The notes under the pieces: model-generated
Seen by the model: the letters and a program-made list of their open reading frames with translations, nothing else
Told to the model about the DNA's origin: nothing
Database searches by the model: none
DNA from: Bacteroidales bacterium
GTDB lineage: Bacteria; Bacteroidota; Bacteroidia; Bacteroidales; UBA4417
Direction: 5' to 3'
Length of the DNA: 58,243 nucleotides
Assembly: GCA_038237165.1 (NCBI GenBank)
Contig: JBBRYZ010000004.1
Coordinates: forward strand, 1-58,243
Program-made: the position numbers and the translations under genes
Part shown: piece after piece, positions 1-10,291 of the stretch
How the letters are laid out: the number at the start of each line of letters is the position of its first letter
Position numbering within the stretch: position 1 is the first letter of the stretch

Positions 1-82
1 AAATACTGTTTAATTTCTTGATTCCTCTGATAATTTTATCACAATAAATATTCTTGTTGATTAATTTATTTAAGTTTCGGTT

Positions 83-3000
83 TTACCGAATCAAACTAAC
101 AAACCCACGCCTTGTAATTGTTCCGGAATTTAATTCAGGTCCTTTCCTGTACCGCACTAAGTAACTGTAAGTACCTGCCTCACATGCTTTCCCATCAGCT
201 GTTCCATCCCAACCTTCTGACGGATTGTCAGTACTAAAGATCAGCTGTCCCCAGCGGTTAAAAACCATAAGTTTATAGGGTTCCAAAGTGTTGCGCTTTG
301 TAACCGGCCTGAAAATATCATTATGCCCGTTGTTATCCGGTGAAAATGCATTGGGCAACGTAAGAACCGGAAGATAATAATATAATTTTACGGCGGTATC
401 TCTGCATCCAACGTCACTGCTTGCAATAAGTGAAATGATATATTGACCTTCGTTGCCATATGTAATTTCAGGATTTGGCATAGCAGAAACCATGTTGTTT
501 CCAAAATCCCAGGAATAAGTTTTAGCACCGGTAGTGAGATTTTGAAAATAAAGCGTTCCCTTTCTGTTGCCCGAATCTTCGGTATACTCAAACGAGCAAT
601 CGGGTTTAGGCCTGACTGCAATAAGAGATGTCGTGGTATCTGCACATCCATATCCGTCAGTTGCCACAAGACTGACACTATAATCCACGGCCTTATCGAA
701 CACAATTAACGCAGGATTACCCGAATAAGATTGTCTGATTCTATCGGCAGGCATGATGTTCCAGCTGTATTGTGTAAGCGCGGTATCAGCTGCAATGCTA
801 CGATCAGTAAATAAGATGCCTGTTCCCTGGCAAGGAAATTCATTTGTAAAAGTAGCATGAGGAATCCTATGTATTTTTACTTGATGAATCACCGAATCCC
901 TGCAACCATATTGATTTACGACTAACAGTTTTACCGGAAACTGCCCTGTAGCACGAAATATCGCATCCGGTTGTGAAAGATTTAGATTTGCAGCAGTAAC
1001 GGGAGCGTTGCCAAAATCCCATTTCCGTGAAGCCAGGTCGATACCGGTTGAATTATCCGAAAGCAATATAGGTTGAGATTGGCAATTCCTGAACCATGAA
1101 AAGGAAGCTTCGGGGTAAGGGATAATCCTGATCCGTTTGCTAATTGATGTAACGCAGCCTTTATCCGTGGCAACTTTAAGGTTAACATCAAAATTACCTG
1201 CATCCCGAAAACTATAAACCACAAGGGTGTCATTTCCAGCATGAGAATTACCATCGCCCCAATCCCAGGTTCGTGAGATGACAGATCCCGTTTCAAGATG
1301 TGACTGATCTCTGAAAGAAAGGGGAATTCCCGGGCAGCTTGCCGGCTCACCTGTATTTGCAAAAGCAGCTCCGGCTGCTGGATTCACCACTATAGCGATG
1401 GCTGAAGTTCTGGTACCACATTCATTCGTAGTTGAAGAAACATAGATGGTATCGTTCCCGGTCATGTGCCAGCGGATGCTAATGTTACTTGCATCAGGCG
1501 AACCGATGATGTCGCCATTTTTAACACTCCAATGTATTTTTGAAAAAGATCCTGAAAGCTGGTACTGATTTGTCGCATTGTTACACACAGAGGATTCACC
1601 TAAAAACGGCGGAGCTATATAATCATAAATATAAGAGTTGAAAGAAACCGTATCCCCATCGCGACACTGGGGATTGCGGCCGAAAACAGACAAAGTGTAA
1701 TTACCGGGTATAGTTGATGAAGGAAACATCTGAAAAAGAGAGGTGTCGGGGGCATTAATTTTAAAATCCTTTGAAAAGCCTGGTCCTGATATATTCCATA
1801 GATATTGTTTGGCAAAAGGAATCGACAGTGTATTAAAACCGGTTAATTGCCCTGAGCAAATTGTTGCAGGACCGTTGATGTGACCTGATGACGGCCTGAG
1901 TTTGAGTGTTATTGGATTGGGAATAGAGTCATCGGTGATTAAATACCACCAGGTATTTACCGTGTTGGTGTCTCCTAATGATTTGTTATTTGTCCATCCC
2001 CATGAATGACAACCAGATGTCGGGATAGCAGGGTTGTACAGGCACCCATCGGTTATATTTCTGGTAGGGTTTTTATCAACCGGCAGTTTTGAGTCGTCCC
2101 AGTAAAGTTTGAGTTTAGTGACACCTGCTACAGGCAAAGGTCTTTGCAAATCGACTTTGAAGCCCCTTGGATTATCCTCCACATCATAAAGCGGAACATT
2201 GGAGAGACCATTCAAAAAGCTCATCCGGGTTTTAATCTGCGTTCCATTTTCGAGTGGAACACCATGCCCGTCTTTGCCATCCCAGGCGGGAAGCAATACG
2301 TTATACCCGGGATTGACCTTATACACGAGTTTTACATCTTCCGGACCCAATGAATTGAATGGAGGCACATCAATCATTAACTCAATGTTCCCTGCTTTAC
2401 TTACATCCGCCGCAAAAGTGACAACCGTATCACATTCAACATTTAAAAATTTAAAGTCATTCAACTTCCCGATATGTCCGGAAGGGAATACCGTTGAGTC
2501 CGGGTCGTTGAGAAAAATTCTGTATTCCGGCTTTACCGTGGCATTACCTGTGATTGACCTCCGGCTTTCGCTCCATATACCTGTATTTGTACAGCCCCAT
2601 TCATTGCTGTAAATATCCCATACGCCTCCAGCCATGCCGTTGCAATCGAAACGGGTAACAATACTGTCGTTTGTATAAATATAAAACAATGAATAGGATG
2701 CGCTCTTATCTGCTGTAACACTTCCCGAGCCCAATTGCCAGGCCTTGCTCCATAAACGTCCGGGTACAGGTTTGTTCCCATTTGCAACGGTAATATCAAT
2801 GTATTTAAATGTGCGGATCTGGTTTTTAACGAAAGGGGGAATCTGGAATTCAATATAGTAATCACCATTCATCAATGGATTGATTATCATTGGATTATAT
2901 CCGCCAGGATTTGAATTATTAATATCAGGACCTGATTCCGCTTCTGCCCTGGTATTGATAAAACCGGCGCCACCGGGAACAGCGGGAGGCATTGGTTGTA

Positions 3001-3388
3001 GATTAGTGCCCGATACAACATTTCCATCCGGATCTTTTACCTGGTAACATACATCTTTATAAATAGTTGTATCATAAGAATAGTCGATGATATTACCAAA
3101 ACCCAGGTAAATTTTCTCGCTTTTAAAATCGCTGACCCGGATATTTAAGCGATACTCTTCGGCACAGCCAACCAATGCAAACGGAATCCTGTATTCCGCC
3201 AGGTTTTGTAAAAGTACAAGCCTGCAAACTGAATTTAAAGGAGCGCTTTTTGGCTCCAGTTGTTTGGTGCCTTCGGCAAGCGTAATCACCTGAATACCAA
3301 GTAGGATAATTAACAGACAAGATAATAGAACTCTCCGCCTCGTTTGCCGGGGAAATACAGACAGACTGAATGCGGGTAAACGATTCAT
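83..3388 (-). CDS. T9SS type B CTD (gliding motility-associated C-terminal domain) protein with PKD repeats and a large uncharacterised N-terminal region
   Basis: Hydrophobic signal segment; WDWGDG/WDFGN PKD motifs; C-terminus LPNAFSPDNNGHNDIF...FNRWG...GWDG...GFVSLIR. Confidence 0.85.
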   Translation of the reverse strand: MNRLPAFSLSVFPRQTRRRVLLSCLLIILLGIQVITLAEGTKQLEPKSAPLNSVCRLVLLQNLAEYRIPFALVGCAEEYRLNIRVSDFKSEKIYLGFGNIIDYSYDTTIYKDVCYQVKDPDGNVVSGTNLQPMPPAVPGGAGFINTRAEAESGPDINNSNPGGYNPMIINPLMNGDYYIEFQIPPFVKNQIRTFKYIDITVANGNKPVPGRLWSKAWQLGSGSVTADKSASYSLFYIYTNDSIVTRFDCNGMAGGVWDIYSNEWGCTNTGIWSESRRSITGNATVKPEYRIFLNDPDSTVFPSGHIGKLNDFKFLNVECDTVVTFAADVSKAGNIELMIDVPPFNSLGPEDVKLVYKVNPGYNVLLPAWDGKDGHGVPLENGTQIKTRMSFLNGLSNVPLYDVEDNPRGFKVDLQRPLPVAGVTKLKLYWDDSKLPVDKNPTRNITDGCLYNPAIPTSGCHSWGWTNNKSLGDTNTVNTWWYLITDDSIPNPITLKLRPSSGHINGPATICSGQLTGFNTLSIPFAKQYLWNISGPGFSKDFKINAPDTSLFQMFPSSTIPGNYTLSVFGRNPQCRDGDTVSFNSYIYDYIAPPFLGESSVCNNATNQYQLSGSFSKIHWSVKNGDIIGSPDASNISIRWHMTGNDTIYVSSTTNECGTRTSAIAIVVNPAAGAAFANTGEPASCPGIPLSFRDQSHLETGSVISRTWDWGDGNSHAGNDTLVVYSFRDAGNFDVNLKVATDKGCVTSISKRIRIIPYPEASFSWFRNCQSQPILLSDNSTGIDLASRKWDFGNAPVTAANLNLSQPDAIFRATGQFPVKLLVVNQYGCRDSVIHQVKIHRIPHATFTNEFPCQGTGILFTDRSIAADTALTQYSWNIMPADRIRQSYSGNPALIVFDKAVDYSVSLVATDGYGCADTTTSLIAVRPKPDCSFEYTEDSGNRKGTLYFQNLTTGAKTYSWDFGNNMVSAMPNPEITYGNEGQYIISLIASSDVGCRDTAVKLYYYLPVLTLPNAFSPDNNGHNDIFRPVTKRNTLEPYKLMVFNRWGQLIFSTDNPSEGWDGTADGKACEAGTYSYLVRYRKGPELNSGTITRRGFVSLIR

Positions 3389-3570
3389 ATAAATGGATAA
3401 CTACTATTCTTCGATTAAAGTTCATCACGCACACACAATGTAATGTTTAATCCTTTATACAAATTTACCGGAATTTATTCACTTTTGCGGAAAGAAGTCT
3501 TTGTTCGCTATGGGTATTCCACAAAGGTAATTTGCGAATGGCAAAATTCTTCTTTCCCAATTCCATGTCA

Positions 3571-4158
3571 TTAGGAGATTTCAGTTACGAGCGCTGCGAG
3601 GTTTTCGACGCTTCTCACCTCCCCGGCAATCAAATTACCGAGATGGATATTTCCTATTCTCACCCTGACTAGTCGTAAGGTCGGGAATCCTGCGGCAGCG
3701 GTCATTTTGCGAACCTGCCGGAATTTCCCTTCTGTAAGAGTTATCGAAATCCAGCTTGTGGGTCCATGCCGTTCGTCCCTTATTTTTCGGGTGCGCGGCT
3801 CAAAACCGGGATCTTTCTCCAAACGGAAAACTTTGCATGGCTTCGTCTGATATTTCACGTCGCGAATTCCTATTTCAACACCTTGCCGCAGGTTTTCAAT
3901 GGCTTCATCGGTTATCAGTCCATCCACTTGTGAATAATATTCTTTCTCAATTTTACGGCTTCGGATATATTCGCTTAACTGTCCATCTGTAGTAAGCAGG
4001 AGGAGACCCTCGCTTTGCTCATCCAGCCTACCGATGGCCATAGTGCCTTCGGGAAAATCGTACAACGACCCTACTAATTTCTTTTTAGGCAGTTCGCATA
4101 CAAACTGACAGAGATAACCGTATGGTTTATGATGAATAAAATGGAAGTGTTCGGGCAT
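3571..4158 (-). CDS. rluE: 23S rRNA pseudouridine synthase, RluE-like (RsuA family)
   Basis: HKPYG, GRLDEQSEGLLLLT with the catalytic Asp, EGKFRQVRKMTAAAGFPTLRLVR. Confidence 0.85.
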   Translation of the reverse strand: MPEHFHFIHHKPYGYLCQFVCELPKKKLVGSLYDFPEGTMAIGRLDEQSEGLLLLTTDGQLSEYIRSRKIEKEYYSQVDGLITDEAIENLRQGVEIGIRDVKYQTKPCKVFRLEKDPGFEPRTRKIRDERHGPTSWISITLTEGKFRQVRKMTAAAGFPTLRLVRVRIGNIHLGNLIAGEVRSVENLAALVTEIS

Positions 4159-4204
4159 GCGGAAATGCTAAAATTGATGAATCATTATTTTCAAACACCA
4201 AATT

Positions 4205-4252
4205 AAAAAAAAGCGTTCATTATAACCTGTTGAAACAGGATAATGAACGCTT
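4205..4252 (-). terminator. Intrinsic terminator downstream of the HU gene
   Basis: AAGCGTTCATTAT (4211-4223) and ATAATGAACGCTT (4240-4252) form a 13-bp inverted repeat with an inner CCTGTT/AACAGG stem, followed by a T run on the minus strand. Confidence 0.8.
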
Positions 4253-4290
4253 AACTGTACCAACTGTAATAAAATCAGCCGGTTAAAAAC

Positions 4291-4560
4291 TTATAGATTG
4301 GAAGATAATTCTTTGCCGGCTTTAAATTTTGCAACTTTTTTAGCAGCAATTTGTAAAGCTTCACCTGTTTTAGGATTACGGCCTGTTCTGGCTTCCCTGG
4401 TTGCTACTGAAAATGAGCCAAAACCTAAGATTTCAACACGTTTTCCAGCTTTAAGTGTTCCGGCAATAGCTTCATGATAGCTATCGATTGCCTTTTTTGC
4501 TACTACTTTTGTGATTCCTGCAGCTTCAGCTACATGGTCAATTAATTCTGATTTGTTCAT
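4291..4560 (-). CDS. hup: HU family DNA-binding protein
   Basis: MNKSELI, GFGSF, RTGRNPKTGE, KFKAGKEL. Confidence 0.95.
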   Translation of the reverse strand: MNKSELIDHVAEAAGITKVVAKKAIDSYHEAIAGTLKAGKRVEILGFGSFSVATREARTGRNPKTGEALQIAAKKVAKFKAGKELSSNL

Positions 4561-4826
4561 AATTTGTTTTTTTTAAAATTGGTTGTTAATGAATTTATAA
4601 AAATGCAATTTGAAACGCTGAACAATACTAACAGTTGTTTTAATCAGATGTTTAAAAAAAAATGTATTTGTTCTCTTTTTTTGTGCAATTCGTATGCATG
4701 AGTCTGGCATTAGCCTAACAGGATGCTAAGGTAGTAAACAAAACGTCGTTTAGTACGAATAACGTACTTTTTTTGATTTTTCCCTTCAATCAGGATATTT
4801 TTACATCATTCTGAAATATAAGCACT

Positions 4827-5441
4827 TCACGACTTAAGTCCTGTAATTATAAAAACAGGAAACGTTTTTACCGTTTCATCAACATATGTTTTCGAAATTT
4901 CATAACATTGCTGATGCTTAACACTCTCAAAACCAATTGCTTTTATCTTGTTAGCCAGTTCATCCACATCAAATCCCATATGCCCGTTGAATCCTTCGCC
5001 ATGAAACGAACCATCTTCCGCATACAAATCAGCGACAGCAATAAAACCACCGGGATTTAGCAGGGAATAGAATTTAGCCAGCATGGCATCGATATCTTTT
5101 ACATGATGCATCACCATCTGTGAATAGATAATATCAAATTTGCCGTCAAAATCCTCGTGTTCCAGGTCAAAAAACAGAGGCTTCATGTTTGATATCTGGT
5201 TCTCCGCCACTTTTTCAACAGTAACTTGTGTCATCTCCCGCGAATTATCCATCAGCGTGATTTCGGAAAATTTATCTTTGAGGGCAAAACTTAACAAAGC
5301 CGTTCCAGAGCCATATTCCATGGCTTTCATTCCCGGGTGCAAGGGAATCATTGCAAGTAGCGCTTTGGCAACCGCCTCGGATCGTTCAATATAACGTTGA
5401 TTTTTATCCCAGTCACGGGCTTTGGCATCAAATTCACTCAT
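4827..5441 (-). CDS. Class I SAM-dependent methyltransferase
   Basis: EYGSGTA motif I; FDIIYSQMVMHHV; LNPGG. Confidence 0.85.
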   Translation of the reverse strand: MSEFDAKARDWDKNQRYIERSEAVAKALLAMIPLHPGMKAMEYGSGTALLSFALKDKFSEITLMDNSREMTQVTVEKVAENQISNMKPLFFDLEHEDFDGKFDIIYSQMVMHHVKDIDAMLAKFYSLLNPGGFIAVADLYAEDGSFHGEGFNGHMGFDVDELANKIKAIGFESVKHQQCYEISKTYVDETVKTFPVFIITGLKS

Positions 5442-5490
5442 AGTATAGTCAAAAGTTATTTGTGAAAAGGTAAACAGGAAAGTAATCTAT

Positions 5491-5598
5491 TTAATTACCG
5501 GAATTTTTTTCGAACTTCCGCAGCATCCACCTGATGGCAATAAAGGAAACTGCAATGATAAGTGGCCATGTGAGCAACCAGATTATTTGTGTTATCAT
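5491..5598 (-). CDS. 35-aa single-TM protein, putative cytochrome bd small subunit (CydS/CydX-like); not in the ORF track
   Basis: Manual translation MITQIIWLLTWPLIIAVSFIAIRWMLRKFEKNSGN*; ATG lies 32 bp after the cydB stop on the same strand; hydrophobic helix with a basic tail. Confidence 0.7.
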   Translation of the reverse strand: MITQIIWLLTWPLIIAVSFIAIRWMLRKFEKNSGN

Positions 5599-5630
5599 AA
5601 TTTAAATTTTTAGCGTTGAATTGAATCGTA

Positions 5631-6803
5631 CTAATACACATGAGTTTCGTTATGCAACTCGTCCATATCTATTTTCTTGTTGTCGATTGATCGCCAGGCA
5701 ACAAAGATGTATGCAATTACAAAAGGCACAAACAATGATACATAGCTCATAACCGTTAAAGTGTAATAACTGGACGAACTGTTTTGGATGGTAAGTGAAC
5801 TCTGCAAATCGAAGGTCGAAGGGTAGTAAGCGGTATTATTAAAACCAGCCAGCAGAAACAAAGCTAACACAGTTAGAACTGTTCCAATCCCGGCGCCCCA
5901 GATCCCTTTGGTACTGCATTTTTCGAAACAAGTGAGCGGACGAATAATTCCGAGTAGTACCAGAGCAACTCCGATTACAAAAAGCGCTGCAACCGCAGGC
6001 ATTTGGATCAGGTTATGCAGGTATTTGAAAGGCTCCATAAATACTTCACCGGTTTGCGGATTTACAGCAAACCCGGTTGAAAGCAACGTCCAAATCACAA
6101 AAGTGAGAAAGAAAAAGATAAAAGGAATGGCATTTATAAGCAGCTGTTTCTTAACTAGTTCCATCATTATGGCATGCTTTATCCGATTCATAAAATAGAG
6201 CAAGGCGAGAACACGCGAAAGAAATAAAACTGCCAGTCCGAGTGTAAGATTATGAAGGTTTAGAGCAGCTTCGAGTCCGTGTGCCGGACCGGTCCATTCC
6301 GAAATTATTGGCATTTTATCACCTGTAAGCCGGGTTATATTCATAAAGTTAACCGAGAATTGCGAACCTGTAAAAAAAGTGGCCACAGCAGTGCCGATAA
6401 GCAAAGGAGCCAGGATTCCATTCAACAGAAGGAAGGTTTCGTAGGTTCTTTTGCCAAGGAAATTACCGGCTTTACTCCGGTATTCGTAGGATACAGCCTG
6501 AATGATAAAGGCAAACAATATCACTATCCATACCCAGTATGCACCCCCAAAGCTGGTGGAATAAAACAAAGGAAAGGACGCAAAAAATGCTCCTCCAAAA
6601 GTTACCAGCGTGGTAAATGTGAACTCCCATTTGCGCCCCAGCAGGTTGATGAGTAAAGTGCGTTCGTCGTTGGTTTTCCCGATGGTGTAGATGAGTGTTT
6701 GTCCGCCCTGAACGAACATGAGGAAAACTAAATTGGCGCCCAGCAAGGATACAATGATCCACCAGTAGTGCTGCAATGTGATATATGAAAATGCTTCGAA
6801 CAT
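5631..6803 (-). CDS. cydB: Cytochrome bd ubiquinol oxidase subunit II
   Basis: Multi-TM protein; GRKWEFTFTTLVTFGGAFFASFP; follows cydA. Confidence 0.95.
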   Translation of the reverse strand: MFEAFSYITLQHYWWIIVSLLGANLVFLMFVQGGQTLIYTIGKTNDERTLLINLLGRKWEFTFTTLVTFGGAFFASFPLFYSTSFGGAYWVWIVILFAFIIQAVSYEYRSKAGNFLGKRTYETFLLLNGILAPLLIGTAVATFFTGSQFSVNFMNITRLTGDKMPIISEWTGPAHGLEAALNLHNLTLGLAVLFLSRVLALLYFMNRIKHAIMMELVKKQLLINAIPFIFFFLTFVIWTLLSTGFAVNPQTGEVFMEPFKYLHNLIQMPAVAALFVIGVALVLLGIIRPLTCFEKCSTKGIWGAGIGTVLTVLALFLLAGFNNTAYYPSTFDLQSSLTIQNSSSSYYTLTVMSYVSLFVPFVIAYIFVAWRSIDNKKIDMDELHNETHVY

Positions 6804-6821
6804 GATTCCTGGATTTTTAAA

Positions 6822-8396
6822 TTAATTATTCACTTCTGTTGTTTCGGTTGAAGGCTGAACTTCATCGGGACCTTTTTTAATCTGGGTTGTCATAATCTTG
6901 ATTTCGGCGATAAGCAAACCTGTAAAAATAACAAAGAACATCCAGAAAGTGATTTGTACCGAAGCCGGTTTAAGTTGCGAAACAGCGGCAATGGTTGGAA
7001 GAATATCCTGGATTACCCATGGTTGACGGCCTACTTCGGCAACAACCCAACCCAGTTCCGAGGCGATGTATGCCAGCGGAATACTCCACAAAGCTGTATA
7101 AAGGATGAACCGTTTTTTAGCAATTTTATCCTTTAAAGTTAACAGCAATACTACCAGGAATAAAAGTCCGAAATGGAAACCCAAACCTACCATAATCCTG
7201 AACGAATAAAAGGTAGTCGGAACGCTTGGAATCAGCTCCTGCATATTGCGACCAGCGTAATACCCATAGCCAAAATGTTTATAGTTTTCCTCAAATTTTA
7301 CCAGGGCTGTCTTTGCCAGGGTATCATTTCCGGCTTTTTTAGCATTTTTATAATCAGCCAGCGAAGTAATTGCAATCTTTCCTTTCTCGCTACGTTCCCT
7401 GAAGGAAATAATATTGCGTTCAGGATTGCCATACACTATATCACGGATACCGGGAACATAAGCGTTGGGATCGAGAAAAGCCATATACGACAACATGTTG
7501 GGAATCTCGAACATGAACCTGAAATTCTGTTTTTTGTGTGAAGATTCCCTAACATCTTCCTGTAAAATCCCGATGGCAACCAGAGGCGCATTCTGCCTTC
7601 CGATATAAAGATTTTCCATGGAAGCAAATTTCATAGGCTGGTATTTTGCCATATTCCGGGCTGAGCCGTCGCCGGTTAATATCACAAAAGCAGTGGTTAC
7701 CAATCCGAATGTGGCCGCCACAATAATGCTTCTTTTGGCAAATAAATGTTCGCGGTTTTTAAGTAAATACCATGCGCTTACACCCATTACGAAAACCGAA
7801 GCCATTACAAATCCTGACGAAATGGTGTGAAGAAATTTATTGATAGCAACAGGCGAAAACAGGACTTCCCAGAAATCAGCCATTTCGTTACGGGCAGTAT
7901 CGGGATTAAATTTCATACCAACCGGATTCTGCATCCATGCATTAGCAACCAATATCCATAGTGCCGATAAGTTTGAGCCGATTGCTACCAGCCAGGTCGA
8001 AAGCAGGTGAAATTTCTTGCTTACCTTATTCCAGCCAAAGAACATTACGGCAATAAAAGTGCTTTCGAGGAAAAATGCCATAATGCCTTCGATAGCCAGC
8101 GGAGCGCCGAAAATATCGCCGACAAACCAGGAATAGTTTGACCAGTTGGTTCCAAATTCGAATTCGAGGATAATGCCGGTTGCTACACCGATGGCGAAGT
8201 TGATCCCAAAAATTGTCATCCAGAATTTTGTAATTCGCTTCCATTCGGGATTGCCGGTTTTTACGTACAAGGTCTCCATGAAGGCAACAATAAAAGAAAG
8301 GCCTAGCGTGAGCGGCACAAACAACCAGTGATATAAGGCTGTGAGTGCGAATTGTGCCCTCGACCAATCAACGAGCGAAAAGTCAATATGTTCCAT
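6822..8396 (-). CDS. cydA: Cytochrome bd ubiquinol oxidase subunit I
   Basis: RAQFALTALYHWLFVP, FEFGTNWS, QPMKFASME Q-loop, EVGRQPW. Confidence 0.97.
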   Translation of the reverse strand: MEHIDFSLVDWSRAQFALTALYHWLFVPLTLGLSFIVAFMETLYVKTGNPEWKRITKFWMTIFGINFAIGVATGIILEFEFGTNWSNYSWFVGDIFGAPLAIEGIMAFFLESTFIAVMFFGWNKVSKKFHLLSTWLVAIGSNLSALWILVANAWMQNPVGMKFNPDTARNEMADFWEVLFSPVAINKFLHTISSGFVMASVFVMGVSAWYLLKNREHLFAKRSIIVAATFGLVTTAFVILTGDGSARNMAKYQPMKFASMENLYIGRQNAPLVAIGILQEDVRESSHKKQNFRFMFEIPNMLSYMAFLDPNAYVPGIRDIVYGNPERNIISFRERSEKGKIAITSLADYKNAKKAGNDTLAKTALVKFEENYKHFGYGYYAGRNMQELIPSVPTTFYSFRIMVGLGFHFGLLFLVVLLLTLKDKIAKKRFILYTALWSIPLAYIASELGWVVAEVGRQPWVIQDILPTIAAVSQLKPASVQITFWMFFVIFTGLLIAEIKIMTTQIKKGPDEVQPSTETTEVNN

Positions 8397-8421
8397 GTGA
8401 GAGGTATAAGGTTAATTTTTT

Positions 8422-8506
8422 GTTCAAGGGTTCAATGCTTCGCGTTCAAAGGTTCATTATTCCCAATTGTCGAATTGTCGAATTGTCGAATTATAAAATT
8501 ATCAAA
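8422..8506. repeat. Composite short tandem repeat (GTTCAAWGCTTCGC-type unit plus AATTGTCG 8-mers)
   Basis: gttcaatgcttcgcgttcaaaggttca followed by aattgtcg x3; same architecture at 12147-12263. Confidence 0.8.
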
Positions 8507-8507
8507 G

Positions 8508-8714
8508 TTACTTTGTAAGTTGTTCGATTACATGATTACTCCGTTCTTCGTCGGTCTTAAAATTCGTTTTCAGGAAATCGGGAAAGAAAAATAACTTTAA
8601 AACCAGGTAAAGGATGATCAACTTTATAATTATGATTGCCCATAACTTTTTACCCACGGTCATGCTTTTGAAACCCTGATAGTAAAACAGGTATATGTTA
8701 CGGAGGACTTGCAT
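8508..8714 (-). CDS. DUF4492 family small membrane protein
   Basis: FYYQGFKSMTVGKKLWAIIIIKL...FFFPDFL; typical position upstream of cydA in Bacteroidota. Confidence 0.85.
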   Translation of the reverse strand: MQVLRNIYLFYYQGFKSMTVGKKLWAIIIIKLIILYLVLKLFFFPDFLKTNFKTDEERSNHVIEQLTK

Positions 8715-8754
8715 GCTAAAAAAAGTACCTGAAGTTTAGTAAAGTTTGGAGTGC

Positions 8755-8762
8755 CAAAGTTA
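8755..8762 (-). promoter_or_regulatory. Bacteroidota housekeeping -7 promoter element for DUF4492-cydAB
   Basis: TAACTTTG on the minus strand matches TAnnTTTG, about 40 bp upstream of the ATG. Confidence 0.6.
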
Positions 8763-9079
8763 CTTCAAAAATTTATATCGGTACACTATAACAGACAGAA
8801 TGATTTATATCCTAAAATAATGAATTCTTTGATGCACTTTTAGCTGTATAATGAAAGACAACGGGACTATTGGTATCAACAACTAATCCATTATCCTGGC
8901 TGAAATGACATGGCTCAACAACATAAGCGCCAAAGGTTGAACCGGATAATAGTATTTGAAAATTCAGAAATTTTGAACCTGGCGAATCCTTATCCGCTTA
9001 AGACAAGAATCTCACAAACATTAAGAAAATCTGTTTCGGTTGGGGAAAATAGAGGATTGGAGTCCTTTAGTGACTGGAT

Positions 9080-9343
9080 TTATTTTGAATCAATACTCCC
9101 GGTTATGTCGCTTAACCCAATCTGGTTATCGTATAAATCGAGTACAGCGGATTCGTCGAGCAGAATAACGCGTTCAATCTTGTTATCAGCCTGACGGAAC
9201 CATATTTCGGCATAAAATCCAGAAAGTGTATATAAATGCACATTATAAAAAAGGTAAATCCGGCTAAGAACATGATGCCCTTTATCGAACAGCATTTCTA
9301 CCTGTCGAAAGATGGTAAGTTTCCTGAAATCGTCGCTTTTCAC
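9080..9343 (-). CDS. Small hypothetical protein
   Basis: 87-aa ORF with GTG start; YNVHLYTLSGFYAEIWF resembles a small Bacteroidota family; co-oriented with the upstream gene. Confidence 0.6.
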   Translation of the reverse strand: MKSDDFRKLTIFRQVEMLFDKGHHVLSRIYLFYNVHLYTLSGFYAEIWFRQADNKIERVILLDESAVLDLYDNQIGLSDITGSIDSK

Positions 9344-9394
9344 CGTATTTAATCTTTATTTTAAGCGAAAAAATGTTATAAGGTCACCTGTTTG

Positions 9395-10114
9395 TTATTT
9401 TCGCTCAACTTCAATAATGTATTTGCGTTGAAGCGATTGCAGTTTTGAGAGATCGGCCTTACGATCGTAAATACGCACAAGCTCAACAATGCCTGGCTTA
9501 TTGTAAATGGCAGCCTGGGCAGCATCGTAAGTTTTATAATCAAAATTATTTCGAATCGCGATGGTAGCTTTTTCAAATTCATCCCAGGTCATAAACAACG
9601 GCACCCGGATGTAGTAGGTAAACTCTTTATCGGCATCTTTATAAACGCCATCAGCCAATACTTCCAGATCGAAAAACCGGCGTATTTTAATCAGGCTCTG
9701 ATAAGGTTTCACCGTTTTGACCGGCTGAAATTTCACATCCACTAGTTTGTAATGATTGATCAACTCCGGCAACTGGTTATAGTCCTGCATATTGACTCTT
9801 ATTGTCGTAGCCGGTTCATTATACAATACAATAGTGCTAAGAGCAGCGTCAAACTCAATATGATGATCACGTTTGATATGCATTGTCATACGGATAAAAT
9901 CATCTTCGTGGCAAACATCAAAATTTTTGATCACCATAAAAACAGATTTTGGCTTTTGCTCCCTGGCTGTGGTTGGAACAAAATATTCCTCGTAAAATCC
10001 GGGATAGGGATCAAGACTTTCGAGAAGCAGTTCAGAATAAGGATGATCTGAAGCTAACGAAGCAAGTTTTTCTCTCTTTAAGAGATAACCTAACGATTGT
10101 AAATTCTCTGTCAT
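9395..10114 (-). CDS. Hypothetical protein
   Basis: 239-aa ORF with ATG start and normal composition; no family recognised. Confidence 0.7.
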   Translation of the reverse strand: MTENLQSLGYLLKREKLASLASDHPYSELLLESLDPYPGFYEEYFVPTTAREQKPKSVFMVIKNFDVCHEDDFIRMTMHIKRDHHIEFDAALSTIVLYNEPATTIRVNMQDYNQLPELINHYKLVDVKFQPVKTVKPYQSLIKIRRFFDLEVLADGVYKDADKEFTYYIRVPLFMTWDEFEKATIAIRNNFDYKTYDAAQAAIYNKPGIVELVRIYDRKADLSKLQSLQRKYIIEVERK

Positions 10115-10291
10115 AGCACTGCGTTTAGTTTTTCAGCAAGATTGATTTATCCTGAACCTGATGTTAATCCGGATCCTGATCCGGTATATTGAACATCCTG
10201 TTCCTGATTAACAAAAATATAAATTTTAAAAGGGAAAAACAAGTATACTTCTAAAAAGCTATAATAATTCGGCCTTTAACCTATCTGTTTT

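Noticed and set aside
8801-8814. ATGATTTATATCCT as an FNR/Crp-type box upstream of the cyd promoter
   Set aside because: Three mismatches to TTGAT-N4-ATCAA in AT-rich DNA; not distinguishable from chance
10150-10210. Loose CCTGA/CCGGA hexamer run
   Set aside because: Too degenerate, no convincing ORF and no second copy seen
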